Shown: positions 1 to 12,510, counted from the first letter of the stretch. The stretch is DNA of 64,000 nucleotides from Ramazzottius varieornatus (GCA_001949185.1 BDGG01000003.1:992690-1056689); one strand, 5' to 3'. Program-made: numbers and translations. Notes: generated from the sequence alone by a model not told the origin.

Positions 1-307
1 AAGTTCTCAGCTACACAAACACCAAGTCTAAATTTTGTTCCGTGACAGAGGAGGCTCGACCCGGTCTTCATAATCATCGCGTTCGAGCAGATCTGTAACA
101 GCACATGGAATATATGGTACAGTGTACGCAAAAATTGACCGTCGATAATGGGAGTCACAATTAAAGTGGAGTTTAGTTATCGCGTGACCAATAACAATGT
201 TCGTCTGGCTCACACGCAAATGTCATTGGCCAATGCCATCTGGCTCCATCCAACGCCCACTTTCGACGGTTAATTTTCGCGTAGACTGTACGTGCCGTCT
301 GCTCAAA

Positions 308-1281
308 TTACGCCTTGGCGCATCCTGCATGTTGCCATGTTTCACAGCAACTTCCAAACCCTATTGGCCTACAGAAAGAACAGACCGTTAACCGTGGTAG
401 AAGTGACGAATATGTTGCAGACAAAGCTTGAACTACCGGTCTTTTCTTGCTGTCTACCAGCAAAGGAACTCACACACCACAGCACTGGCAATATCGTTCG
501 ACCGAAAAGTTCCTTGGTATGTACTTGCATCGTAGAGGTGTAGGGTTACCATACTCGGGGTGATAGGTGGCAACGACGCTCGGTCTGGGGCAAATTTCTC
601 TACAGTAGCCGCAGTCTAGTCGGCCATCGGGTCGATCGTTGATGAAAAACGGTGTCGGTATCCGGTAGAGCACTGAGACAACCGGAAGACAGTAGTCTCT
701 GCTCAGACGGATATAGAGGTCCTGCGCATACCATCGTACTCAGGATGATGAGGTAGTTTGGGGAGTGGCACGATATAAGTTCTATCCACGGTGTTTTCAA
801 ACTGGGTGAAGCTGCAGCTATCCGGCAAGTACTGACAATGGCCGATTGCGGTGGTTTTGATCCTCAAGCAGGCTATAGCGGTCGTGTAATTCACCAAATA
901 TCGGCATGACCTCATTTCGGCTCCTCCAATCAAGTCTCCCAAATACCCATGACCACGCCACATCACGCAGCAACCAAAGAGTCCATTCGGCTCACATTTA
1001 GACAGTGACATGAACAAGCTATGCGAACTATTCGCAGTGCGAATTGATGCCAGCAAACCTACGTTTTACTAAGACTGCAATAACATCTAACCGAAAGTTC
1101 TTGTGTGTGAAGGCACACCGAGGTGCTCCGGGTGTCCCTTCCTCAGGATGATAAGTTGATGCGATGCTTGGTCTCGGGCAGGTGTGCCAGAAGTAACGGC
1201 AGTTTCACCGACCACCATCTCATGGGATTCCCGAAGGATTACAGACGTCGGGGATGTCAGATGAGGGCTTCGTGCAGCCAT
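308..1281 (-). CDS. Putative orphan cysteine-rich protein (4 exons, ~250 aa)
   Basis: Phase-consistent GT-AG joins: exons 1281-1119, 1058-732, 672-474 and 368-308, with introns of 60, 59 and 105 nt. Product includes CEPNGLFGCCVMW, CQYLPDSC, CGYCREICPRP and RYCQCCGVPIGFGSCCETW. No family recognised; the 5' exon is the least certain. Confidence 0.5.
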
Positions 1282-1334
1282 TGTTTGATACCATAAATCG
1301 AATGTAATGAAGGACACAAGAATACATACATATA

Positions 1335-1578
1335 CAGTCCTACCTGCGAGATGTGACAGTTCGATCGCCCGGTTTCAGTTTTGGCCGGTCCATATGCTCA
1401 CGAGGCGGCTCGCCACACCGTTCGCCCTAGACCGATCAGCTGATCCGTTGCACACTTGATTACTTGATCATGTGAACCCGGAAGCTAATCGCAATGCGCG
1501 ACGTTTAGCGAGCAATCCCGTTCTAAAATGATGTTCAGTCGCAGAAAAAGCAATTGTCTCATCTCGCAGGTAGGACTG
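1335..1578. mobile_element. Tc1/mariner-pogo-type MITE (244 bp)
   Basis: TIRs CAGTCCTACCTGCGAGATG ... CATCTCGCAGGTAGGACTG flanked by TA on both sides. A second, degraded copy lies at 26364-26613. Confidence 0.85.
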
Positions 1579-1796
1579 TACATACCTATTATACTGTAAG
1601 TGACATCGTTCATGGTTTTGTTAGAGGCAAACATACTTTGCAGCCGTGTGCCAAACAATCTGCGGTATCTCGAACAGCCAAACCACAGGTAACAAGGAAA
1701 GAAAGCCTCTTGTTATCAAACAGAAACGAGGCATCAAACGCTATCATGCTTTGGCAAGGCTTATAACGACCAAATGACCACCAAGAGCTCGGGCGA

Positions 1797-2075
1797 CTAG
1801 GGCAGGCTCGGTGAGTGCGGTGAACTATTTTAACCATTTTACATCGAAATAATGAAAATTTCACTGGTGCGGTGAAGAACGGTGAAGGATAGTGAAGCAA
1901 ACAGATTCGGTTTAATGACTGATCGACCTATCAAGATACAAGTAATGAATGAATTAATGGACCGATTCTGCTCGCTTCCCCATCTTTCACTATTCTTCAC
2001 TGCGCCAGTGAAACTTTCACTAGGTCGGTGACGGATGGTGAAAATAATTCACAGCACTTCACCGAGCTTTCCTTA
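1797..2075. mobile_element. Palindromic MITE-like element
   Basis: Long imperfect inverted repeat: TGAAAATTTCACTGGTGCGGTGAAGAA pairs with TTCTTCACTGCGCCAGTGAAACTTTCA; ends GCTCGGTGA / TCACCGAGC. Confidence 0.65.
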
Positions 2076-2171
2076 CGGGCAACGCTCAGAATTTTATCTG
2101 GTACTGCACGGTTACACGGATATGCAACAACGGTGCAGGCAAGATCTGTCAGCAGATCTGGTGAAGTGAGA

Positions 2172-2496
2172 CTAGCTTCGACTCAGCAAGAACTGCAGAT
2201 GACGGATGTAATGAATAGCCATTATCAAGGTCCGGATGCGAGACAACCTGCAAAAGATGCCGAGCAGACGCGGCATGTATCACTGCACTCTTTCTTATAT
2301 TGGTACGATACCTTTTCCTGTCGGATTTTGCTGGGATAGAACAGCGCAGTCTGGTGAAAGCTTCGTTCAGATTATTCATCCGCTTTCGTTCCCGAAAATT
2401 AGCAGCAATGCGTTGGGCCGTGTTGGTCACTCGCTTTCGCTTTGGACGTTTGACGTTCTCAGTCTTATCCAGAACGCTCGCCATCCCTTGCTCCAT
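2172..2496 (-). CDS. Fer3/PTF1-family bHLH transcription factor (86 aa, 2 exons)
   Basis: KRKRVTNTAQRIAANFRERKRMNNLNEAFTRLRCSIP. Removing a 64-nt GT-AG intron (2311-2248) restores loop and helix 2: KRLSRIRTLIMAIHYIRHLQFLL. Confidence 0.9.
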
Positions 2497-4364
2497 GCAG
2501 CATAGGTCAACTTAAGAGGCTAATGCTCTGTACTTTCAGACACTTGGAAAAAGCTTCTGGAACTACACAGATCTCAGCTCGACCTCGCGGTTCTGTTCCG
2601 AGCGATAATACAGCTCTTTTACGTTCCAGTCGCCATAAGAATTACACATCGATATCAGACTGCCCAAATGCGAAAATAATTGTCATACTATGCAAATGGC
2701 GGCGACAATATCGGGCACGTGTACCAAAGGCTTCAGACACTATGAAATTCACACCGCAGATGTCGTCACGGTATCTCCGCTAGACGCTCGTTTGCACTGG
2801 ATGGTTTTCACGGGCGTAATTTTGTTCTTCTTGCAACCTTGCTTGATTCGCTGGCGAGATAGACCATTAGACTAGTGGCTCATCCTGCAAGATGCAGGCA
2901 ACTTTAGCCACATCAGGAAGACTAGTCACGCTAAGAAGTGTGCTTCACCTATCCACTGGGGAACCAGAAATGCGACAGCAAGGTTGCCCTGTAACCAGCC
3001 AAATCCGGTTCGATGGACACCTTTACAAGTCCTGGCAGGTGGCAAGCCAAACCGATGACACAGGCCGATCCTGCGCGCCGTGATACCTCCATCACCATCC
3101 GCACTCTTCTTTCTTCCTTGCGCAAATTGCCTGTCAAAGACTGCCCTGTTTCTTTGCGTCCAGTGAAGGACAGTGTTCTTCGTCGAGCTCGCCATACTTT
3201 CCAAATGACGGCACTGCAGTAGCGGAACCGAGCGAAGCGAGGTCCGCTCGGTTGAATCGCTATGTGTTCCCTAGGCGGGCGGTCGCACCCTCGCAGCGGT
3301 CCACTCGGTTGATTCGCCGTGTGCCTGTGAATTACCGTTGGGAGTTTCTTCTTCCCCTCGCCTCCATCGTCCGGAATCATTTTTTTCCGGAAATGCGTTC
3401 TGCCAAAAGCTAATCGAGCAAGCGATGCTACCACTCACCCTAGTTATTGCGATGAGAATTACCGAAGATCCTGCAACGATGATCCACGAAGTCCTCGGGT
3501 CAAAAGCCATAGTGTTTCAGTTGTCTCTAGTGGCATCGATGAGATGTATGAACTGGCGGCCATTTACCGTTTACCGTCCCAGTTGAATGGACATTCAGCA
3601 TTCAGAGACTGAGGAGTTGCATGCCGAGCGATTTCAGCTGGCTTTGCGGAACATTCGTGATAACAGTTTTTGGCAAGAGCAAATGGAATTGCAGTACAGT
3701 AAACCAACATCCGATCCACAGGCATCAAGGAAATCGGACGTCTGTGTGGGCGCGTCATTTAAGTGTGAGGCCTATAGATGGTTTTCTGAGACTCGTCCTT
3801 AGAAACGTGATGACTGGCTTATTGGAAGTTTCTACCGTCACGAGGCCGAGTTCGAGTTTCTACTTAATCGCTGAATTACGCAGGTATCCACGATTGCGCG
3901 CCTTCCTCAAAACTACAGGTGAAATTCAACGAACTTGTTTGCCAAATGTTCGGAACCTCCTGCTGTATTGTCTTCCAAGCAGGTTGTGACGTGGCGCACG
4001 TTTTATGAATCGGAATTGTGAAAATCGAACCGATTGTTTGCCGCCAAGGTTTCCGCGTCACGTGTTTTGTTTTCTGACGCCGTTCCCCGAGTTTCGCAAA
4101 GGATCTGATCATTCTTTAGGGTTCCGAAAGCCCAGTCCAAGTGGTTTTTTCCATTGAGCAGTAGGAACTTTAGCAGTTGACGTTGGAGGAATTGGTTGCA
4201 AGCGGAGCGGAAAGGCTTTTACTCCGTGGTTGCTACTTCCACCTTTCCGGCTCTACCGCAGGGTAATCTGTACGCACAGTCGGGACGTGATAGAAGTACT
4301 TTAAAGTACCGATATAGTCGGATAGAATTCGGTCCCGGTGCATGTAAAAAAGACTGCCCGGATA

Positions 4365-6127
4365 CAGTCAGGTCGTTCGAAATCTGGTACCTGATTATTC
4401 GATCTCAAAATAACGAAATGAGCCTGAACACAAGACTGCCTGTCACGAAGAATTTCGATTGTTTGTTCATTGACGCAGCCGAAGCGACCTGTTGCGTTCG
4501 CTTCACAGGAAAAACACCTTTCATGATCGAGTGGTATCATACTTGTTCTCGTCGCATCTTCACCAGCCGATTAGCGAAGTGTTAGGGAGGCAGTTTCAGG
4601 ACGGATCAAGACTTCGTTTGACAGAAAGGAGGTCTGATGGAGTATATCTTGCGGATAGACGGCGAACAACAAGAGCCACTTCCGGTGAAGTTCAGCAACC
4701 AGCCTACCTTACCATCCGAAGAACTCGACTTAGCTATGACCAAAATGGCATCTGCTTCTGGCCCAACCGTGGGATTCAGTGTTGTCCGTCGAGGTAGAAT
4801 CCACGATAGGCCAAAGCTGGAGGAAAATCGGTGGATCGTGGAACTGTACCCGTCGCACGTAAAACCCAGACTATTGTATGGGACCAAACATCACAGGCTG
4901 AGTTGTCTTTGTAGATGACGGCCAAGCAAGTTATGACGAAGTTCAACATTCGTTCTAATTCGACCATCACACGACGCTTACCAAACAGCGAGACAAGATT
5001 CTTGCTTTTCTGCTGAATTTCGCGGTAAAAGTTTTGTATCCAGAAAGCGAAAGTTCGATGTTGTTGAAGAAGCGGCAATGGAAATACCATGAAGACACTG
5101 TCCAGAAGGGATTCCCTGTGTGTTTCACCGATTTGAGAGAGGTTGACGTTTTGAAAAGAAATCAACTTCAGTCGGTGGTCTTGCACGGTGAAATTTGATA
5201 TACTATAACAGCTTAGCAGAAGTTTGCAGTAATTCACGCTCACTCGTGGGCGAAGAAGCGGAAAGCGATCCAGAAGTTGCGGAAATGTGGATTAGGGAAA
5301 AGCCACCTAAGATTCTTCAGAATTACAAGAACGCAGACATTTTTAACTGCAACGAAATTGGAAGCTGCTGTCGCTCTACACCTCGAAAGACTCTTCTAAA
5401 GGTCGGACAAGGGATGAAAGGTGGGAGGAAGGTAGCAGAACGAATATCAGTCATGTTTTGCTGTTCTGCGTCTGGAGAAAAGCTTCCTTCCCTCGTCATC
5501 GGTCGATCGAAGAAGCCGCGTTCCTCTGCCAAGGCGAAGCTGGACTTTGAAAGAGCAGGCTTTACTTGGGCTAGCAATAAGAAAGCTTGGATAACGCAGG
5601 CTGTCTTCACTGCTTGGCTGAAAGAGCTGAACGAGAAACCGATACGACAGAAGCGTACAATTCTACTCTTGTTAGACAACGCATCGGGTCATAAGGTCGC
5701 TAGTCTCTCACATGAGAAGCGCGTTTTCTTGCCTCCGAAACAAACTAGCAGAATCCAGCCGCTCGATCAGGGCATCATCAAGGCTTTCCAGTCACATGAC
5801 TGCGCCGCGAAAGCTGAGCATCGCCGAGAAAACAGAAAGAACTTCCAGAACCTCGAAGACTACAAGAAGTCCCAGACAGTTCTGCATTCGGTTAAGTAGA
5901 TCATGAAGGCATGGTCAGAGGTTGACGCTTCGACTATACGAGACTGCTTTTGCAAAGCTGGCGCTTTTCATATGGTAGAAAACTAATAGTTGATTGCCAG
6001 TCAAACTGATTGATCGTAGACTGTTGACGTCACTTTCTTCTGTTTTTGGCAAGCTGTACGGTAAATATTTGACTGCTAGCAAATTAAACTCGGAGAATCA
6101 AGTACCAGATTTCGAGCGACTTGACTT
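4365..6127 (+). mobile_element. Decayed pogo/Tigger DNA transposon (~1.76 kb)
   Basis: ~37-bp imperfect TIRs: TA|CAGTCAGGTCGTTCGAAATCTGGTACCTGAT at 4365 and ATCAAGTACCAGATTTCGAGCGACTTGACT ending ~6127. They enclose transposase remnants. Confidence 0.85.
4735..5985 (+). pseudogene. pogo/Tigger (CENP-B-like, DDE_1) transposase remnant
   Basis: ORF 5195-5899 has IFNCNEIG (from IFNxDETG), ERISVMFCCSASGEKL, NKKAWIT, LLLLDNASGH and FLPPKQTSRIQPLDQGIIKAF. Upstream HTH-like fragments (AKQVMTKFNIRSNSTITR) are broken by stops and frameshifts. Confidence 0.85.
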
Positions 6128-6706
6128 CAGTGGGTGAAATATTTGGTGAACGTGTGTACTAATCAGCTGATCGATCTGCTGATCGATGACATCACATATA
6201 ACACCAGATTCTGCCAGTTCTGGTCAGTTCTTTTACACGCACGCGGACGGCGGACCCAGTCTTGTCCGACTACATCGGTAATTTGAAGTAACACAAACGT
6301 TTAGTGGTACATGTCGATGTGCAGAACCAAACTGACGTCCTTGAGAATGAAATCCGTTGCAGCGACGGGAATTTGGTTCTGCACCAGGAACTTATCGGCC
6401 GAACGTCGTTTGTACGATTTGTCATAGCTTGCTATAAGTCAGAAGTCATGGAGCTCGATAACGAGGCCACAACCATACCGCGTCTGCACCATTGTCAGTA
6501 GTCAACTGGCCCTGGGAATATGTACATTGTTTACTCAACTGCACATTCTCACCATGATATCACCGTTATTGGTGATATAAAACGATAAGCTCAGATTCAC
6601 ATTCGACCGTTCATTTCAGCACCAAGATACTTTTAGCTTGCTAAGCTGATCAAGTGCACCGGAAGTCGCATCGTTTCCGCGTTTTCATCCTAATTACTTC
6701 CTCCAG

Positions 6707-7220
6707 TCTTACGATGAAGCCTATACGATGACGACCCAAGATAGCAAAACGGGTAGTGTTACTATCACCACCACCACGCTCCTTACGCCGCAAACTTCCC
6801 CCGATCCATGCCACGTAACGTAAGTAACACCCGAAACCAGGGACTTGATCTGTTTCTTTCTATTCACTTAGAAGCACGAACAAGTTTCCCTAAACGCCTT
6901 TCGTCTGTCGTACCTAGATCCAAGTGTCTGTAGGTGTCCATCCTGTCATCAGCACGTGACTAGCCTGACGGAGTTCGAGAAGGGATCACTCGCATGGCTT
7001 ATCGCCGGTGGTCTGTGTCTGGTTGGATGTTGGCTGGGTTGTTGCTTGATTCCGTTCTGGTACGTTGATCTTGGACAATGCTGGGGCGGTTTCTCGCATG
7101 GAACGCTCGACATTGATATCGCTTGAATTTTACTATTTTAGTGTAAAATCCGCCCAAGACGTCATTCACAAATGCCCTAACTGCAATGCTTTCCTCGGAC
7201 GTTATCGCCGTCTAAACTGA
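6707..7220 (+). CDS. LITAF-domain (zf-LITAF-like) protein; 5' end uncertain
   Basis: Exons 6707-6819, 6934-7059 and 7142-7220 give PCHVTCPSCHQHVTSLTEFEKGSLAWLIAGGLCLVGCWLGCCLIPFCVKSAQDVIHKCPNCNAFLGRY, i.e. CxxC - hydrophobic segment - HxCxxC. Confidence 0.92.
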
Positions 7221-8680
7221 ACTTACCGTTAGCGATATGCTTTAAGCTGCTACTGTACTGTACATGCATCGGTGGTCTGGATGTAACGGTTTCGACAACA
7301 CTTCTCCAGCAAGGAACATTTCACTGCAAAAAAGCAAGCTTCCGCGTTTTGCACATGCGTCAGTTTTTCTAATATGTATAAGGTTTTTCAATATGAAATT
7401 GCCGTTTTCAGAGCACTTTATTTCAAACAATTCTATCTCTGGTCAGAAACAATATTTCGATCCCCTCTTTTTGACTGAGCATGGCGTATGGTGTCGTCTT
7501 TCGTCTAAGCACAAGGAAGCCCCACTTCAGCCTCACGATAAATTGCTGGAGCTGTTTGTGTCTGGGGCGTAATTCTGAAAATTTTGACGTCCTTGTTAGA
7601 AAAATTCTTTTGTCGCCACCAGCGCTTCTAAATCTATACGCTTGACGTAGAAATGTACAACAACAAGAAAGCCATCGATTACCTGTTTCAGTTTTGACAA
7701 AGCATGTCCTGTCCGGAAAACTGCCAGGTTAGAAATGTGAGCTCAAAAGCCTCATCTTTCTCGATACAAAATTTCTTCTTCCCCCGGCCCGGACAGAGCA
7801 GATTTTCCAAAACTTCACCCAGTGATCAAAAACACCCTAACGCACTGACAGATATTGTCATTGCTTGAATTGATCAACACTACGACCGAAGAAATGGGAA
7901 AAAGTCGTCACCCCACTAAACTGGCGCACCTTATTCTCGGCAATTCACCAACGTCTTTTCAAAATTGTCTCTTTTTGTAAAATCCCGAAGGATTATTTTC
8001 TTACTTCCTTTTTCGGTACTGATACCCTAAGGGAACCACTACAAAATAACCCTGTTGCCGGTGTGATGGGGCAGCTGACGGTGCGGCAAAAAAATCGTAA
8101 AATGGTCCTGGTTAGACATGCATTGTTATTACCCTAAAATTCTTCCCACGTCCCGTTTTCATCGTTTTGAGTGGATCTTGTCACTGCAGTTGGACGTCAG
8201 CCGAACTCCAAAAGTGATGTTATGACTTCGAAACGAGATTTTGAAATCCGACCCTAAAGAACGGCAATTTCATACTGAAAGACCTTATACAACGTAAAGT
8301 GATGACTAATGACTACAAAGTTGCATCCATTTCAATTCAGCTTTCAAACAATGGACGTAATGGCTGATCGTGTTGATTGGCCATATCTCGTTGTGTCTGT
8401 GATCACTTCCGTGTCCTGTAGTTTATCCCAGGATTGTTCCGGTATTTGGCTACGTGGCTCATATTCTGGCAGAAAAATTTCTCTATCGTTTTGTCGGGGC
8501 AGTTTGACCATCGGGATGTCAGGGCAGGAATAGTACCCTTGTGAGCCGTTGACCCCGTAAGCACAGTCAAGACTGTAAGGAGACTGGACGGTTCGTGCTC
8601 GAGAAAACCCTCTATGGAGTACCGCACTTAAAGTGGCTGTAAAAGTTTAAGATTAGCCAGAACACTGGCTAATACCAGTA

Positions 8681-8882
8681 CACGCACGACGGGCAACTAT
8701 AGGGCCAGTAAAAATTATGGGTCCAGGCCTTTTCGCTACGGCGGTAAGGAAGCATGTAAGTACGTGACCGGTTCATGGCAATGCAGTTTTGGACACTTTT
8801 CTACGTTTGAAATTCCATTTTTGCCGTCTTTTCCGCCTCCTCACATAATTTTTACTTGCCCCATAACTTTCCGTCGTGCGTG
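8681..8882. mobile_element. TA-flanked MITE (~200 bp)
   Basis: TA|CACGCACGACGG...AGTAAAAATTATG pairs with CATAATTTTTACT...CCGTCGTGCGTG|TA. Confidence 0.8.
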
Positions 8883-9390
8883 TACGAAATTCGTCGTACG
8901 ACCTGTTTGCATATTTTCTGGTCAGGAAGTTTTATAAAAAGAGGCATCAGACACCCGCAGGAATGACGAAAGTATACTTCAATTTCGTCATACGTCTTTT
9001 AAGCGTGTTTATGAGGGCACTTTAGACCGACGTGTATGGAGCGGGTTCGGTCAGCCAGACCCGAGGTTTTCCGTCTGTTAAAGTTTGGGAAACGGCCAGT
9101 TTCTCTCAAAAGAAAAAGAAGAGAGAAACTACTCATGAGTAGTCTGAATGGGGCAAGAGTATAGGGAAGCTATAGGAGAAAAAAGGGCGGTAGTGGAGCT
9201 CTACCAAGCCGTACGTGGAACCGTAACTTCTAACTTTCGGTTCAAATCTTATTCTTCTTGACGTACGATAACTGGCTGGAACGTTAGGCAGTGTTAAGCT
9301 GGTCTCCATTCCCAATGAGGAGAGGTACAAAAGGAAAACATAGCCGTTGTTATCTTTGGATAAGTACAAAAGTTAGTCCATTCGAGGATT

Positions 9391-10460
9391 TCAGAAGCGA
9401 GGAGCGCGTTTGCGACGACCTGCAGCTATTGTCGTAGAGGCTGCCGGGGTAACCGGGGTGGAGTACGTGGTGGAACTCAAAGTGGCACCGGCTACAGTGG
9501 AAACAGGACTGTTGGCATAACCTTGAGTCATGCCCATCTCCATGTTGGTCGCGGAATTTCCATACGAGTTCATATTGTTATTGTTGTCCGTTCCATAACT
9601 GTTGCCGCCGTTGTTTAAATCGTAGTTCGAGTTGCTGCTGTCACTGTTCGAGGAGGAACCGTAACCGGAGCTTCCTGAACTTCCGTAGTTACTGTTCGAG
9701 CTGCTACCCCAGAATCCGCCCGATCCCCAGAGACCACCCTAAAGAAACAGAAGAGCCCTTCCGGTAAGACGTGCGGACAGTGCAATACTCAGCAAGGTAA
9801 TTACCGGTCCGAAAATGTTACCAACGTTGAGAAGATCTGCCAAAAGGAAAGCGTACTTTACTGTACAGTTCGATAAGTTTCACATGGTCGAACTGGCCGA
9901 TATGAACTGACTTACCAGTGAAATCGATTCCAAAATTGTTTCCGATACCTCCTCCAATGCCGCCGATACCTCCGAAACCACTGCCACCTAAGCCACTTCC
10001 ACTGTTGGTACCACTATATGAGCCGGAATCTGAAGACGAGCCCGAATGTCCGTTGTTGGAGTCCATGTCGCTGTTGCTGCCATAAGACGATCCCGCGTTT
10101 GATGAGGAACCATATTCGTTGTTATTGTTGCTGTTCATGTTGGTGTTCATATTGATGTTCATATCTCCATACGACGAACCCGAGTTGGATGATGAGCCAT
10201 ATCCATTGTTCATGTTGTTGTTGTTCATATAGCTATAGGCAGCCGTTGAGCCGCTCAAAGTGGTACCAAGCCCGGTGGCAGCCTGACCCATCACAACTGC
10301 AAAAGAACCCATTAAATGCGCATTCTCAAATCCGAACCATCCGTTATATACGATTACGAAACGTGACACGAAAAGGGAGCTGAGAGGTACTTTCGAAGAA
10401 AATTCTGTACGGACCTGAAGCCAACGCGAGCAGCGAAGTCCAGACGAGTAATCCGTTCAT
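9391..10460 (-). CDS. Secreted Gly/Ser/Asn-rich protein, paralog 1 (268 aa)
   Basis: Exons 10460-10415, 10296-9916, 9836-9805 and 9738-9391 are in phase. Signal-like MNGLLVWTSLLALAS; core NNFGIDFTDLLNVGNIFGP|GGLWGSGGFWG; C-terminal RRKR. Confidence 0.85.
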
Positions 10461-11704
10461 GGTTACGTAGGGTGTCCTGCGCCCAAAGAAATTTAATTTA
10501 AATACAAATAAATATATATGTTTATACCGTGACAGAATATCCGCTGCGTAAAACTTGAAAATTTATGAGGTCGAAATCAACACTCGAACCGAGCAACTTT
10601 TGCAGGCTTTCTTGCTGCTCGCACATCGACCTTGTCGGTCAAAACGTGATGTGCTGGCTGGCTTTTATGAAGGCTTTGGCGCAACAGACAACGCACGTGT
10701 GGAGTAAGACTTAACAATGGCGTTCTACTTATTGTGTTCGAGATTCGGAGTGAGCAGCGAGATTTCAGCACCCTCTCGTGGGATTCGAACAAACCGGTAT
10801 TCATGTACTGTTCGTCCAGTTCCGGTCACCGGTCACCTTACCAGAATGTTGGATTGGCTGTATTTGCTCGACCCCAACAGTAAGTTTCACCGATAACCAA
10901 TAAACGGCAGCAGAGTGGACGCCCCACGTCGGTCGTTAAAAACTGCCGTAGAAGTATATACAGTAGGGCGTCTTTTCGATTACGAAGAAAGATTCGACCA
11001 GTATCGTAAGAGGCGGTCAGTTGCTTCTCATAGTTCATTGCGAGGAGGTGTCGAAGTTCACTAACAGCACTCAGCCTGCTCAGCCTCCACTTACATCACG
11101 AAAAGCTCAGCGAATGCAGTATGAATGCACAGATCCACGTCCTCCCGCCAACCTCCTTTGTTGAAATTCTTAGAAGCGAGACAGCGACCCCATTGGGCTT
11201 GCCATACTTCACCACGATTGAAATCGCTTCCGAGTAGCCAAAGCTGACCAGCGCTTGATGTGGATCAGCGGAGAAGACGCAATGTGTTTCAGAGGGAAGA
11301 GCGACGGTCTGACGCAACGAGATAGCGCAACGCTGATAGGAGGCCATCACAAAAATCTCTCCAATACATTGGTTGGGCGTAGTGTTTTCCTTTTGCGTGA
11401 CAGGTACTACCGAAATATTTTGAATCCTGCCCCGATGGTTTGTATTGAGGTACATTGACGCTTTATTTCGTCACCAGTTGTGTACGGGTCATCACGGAGT
11501 GTGACAAGCAAGAATGAATAGTCTTCGGAATAATTCAGTAATAATTTTCAGACTGGGGCTCTGCTCAGCACCGATCCCGATACATCGAACGCAGGAAAAA
11601 GTGCTGTTGATACATAGATAAGTACAAAAGAATTGAGCTCCGCGCGAGGGCTTTGGTTGTAATATTACACTGATGAGAAGAAAGCCGCCTGCCGTGTAGT
11701 TTAC

Positions 11705-12392
11705 TTAATGGCCGTAGCCCAAGCTGCCCGAACTGGATCCACCATAGCCTGATCCACCACCGGTGCTTACGCCGTAGCCAGCAGATCCGCTGTTTCCGTT
11801 AAATCCCCAGAATCCACCAGGGCCCCACAGACCACCCTGAAACACATTATGTGAGATTTTCCGAAGCCCATTTCAAGGCAGAATAAATACTATGTACAAA
11901 AACGGTACGTTCTTACAGGTCCGTAAATATTTCCCACGTTCAACAAGCCATTGAGGTCAATCCCAAAGTTGCCGAAACCACCACCAAATCCTCCAAGGCC
12001 ACCTCCACCGATACCTCCACCGATACCTCCCCCGATACCTCCCAAACCTCCGTTGCTGACACCGTTGTTGCTGCTGCCGTATCCTGAAGAGCCCGACGAT
12101 CCGCCGTATCCACCTGACTGTCGTGCTGACGCTACTCCAGCACCGTTCCCCAATCCAAGACCAGTGATCCCACCACCCAGTCCAACTCCACCGCCACCGC
12201 CACCAATACCAACACCGCCAAATCCGCCACCACCGAAACCCAGTGCGCTTACCAGGTGCAAAACTACAGAAAGGAAATCAATGAGGAAAAACAGTGAAAT
12301 TCTGAACCAAAAAGTGTAGTCAAGAACAAACAGAACGGAAACGCCGTACCCGACAAGCTGAGAACGAGGCCAGTAACAACGTAATTTTGCAT
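11705..12392 (-). CDS. Secreted Gly-rich protein, paralog 2 (173 aa)
   Basis: Exons 12392-12350, 12263-11917 and 11836-11705. Signal-like MQNYVVTGLVLSLSVLHLVSA; core GNFGIDLNGLLNVGNIYGP|GGLWGPGGFWG. Confidence 0.88.
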
Positions 12393-12501
12393 CTTGACGG
12401 TCCTTTTCTCTCCTGTGAAATTGTAAACGGGCTACCAGGAACGCGGAAGTGAAAAGTTGTACTCAACGGAAATGTAGAGTGTCGGTTTGATTTCGCTCAA
12501 T

Positions 12502-12510
12502 GGTTTATAA
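12502..12510 (-). promoter_or_regulatory. TATA box of Gly-rich paralog 2
   Basis: Minus-strand TATAAACC ~110 nt upstream of the ATG. Equivalent TATAAAC sequences lie upstream of paralog 3 (~14211-14219) and paralog 1 (~10520-10526). Confidence 0.5.

Noticed and set aside
3587-3802. ORF with faint nuclear-receptor zinc-finger resemblance (FKCEAYRWF)
   Set aside because: Required cysteines are absent; similarity too weak.
10770-10850. tRNA B-box-like GTTCGAATCCC on the minus strand
   Set aside because: No T-stem pairing or cloverleaf could be built.
11668-11700. CTGATGA..GAAA hammerhead-like core
   Set aside because: No stem II or flanking stems.
11951-12319. Proline-rich plus-strand ORFs (also 13394-13657)
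   Set aside because: Antisense shadows of the Gly-rich genes, which have the signal peptides and splice sites.
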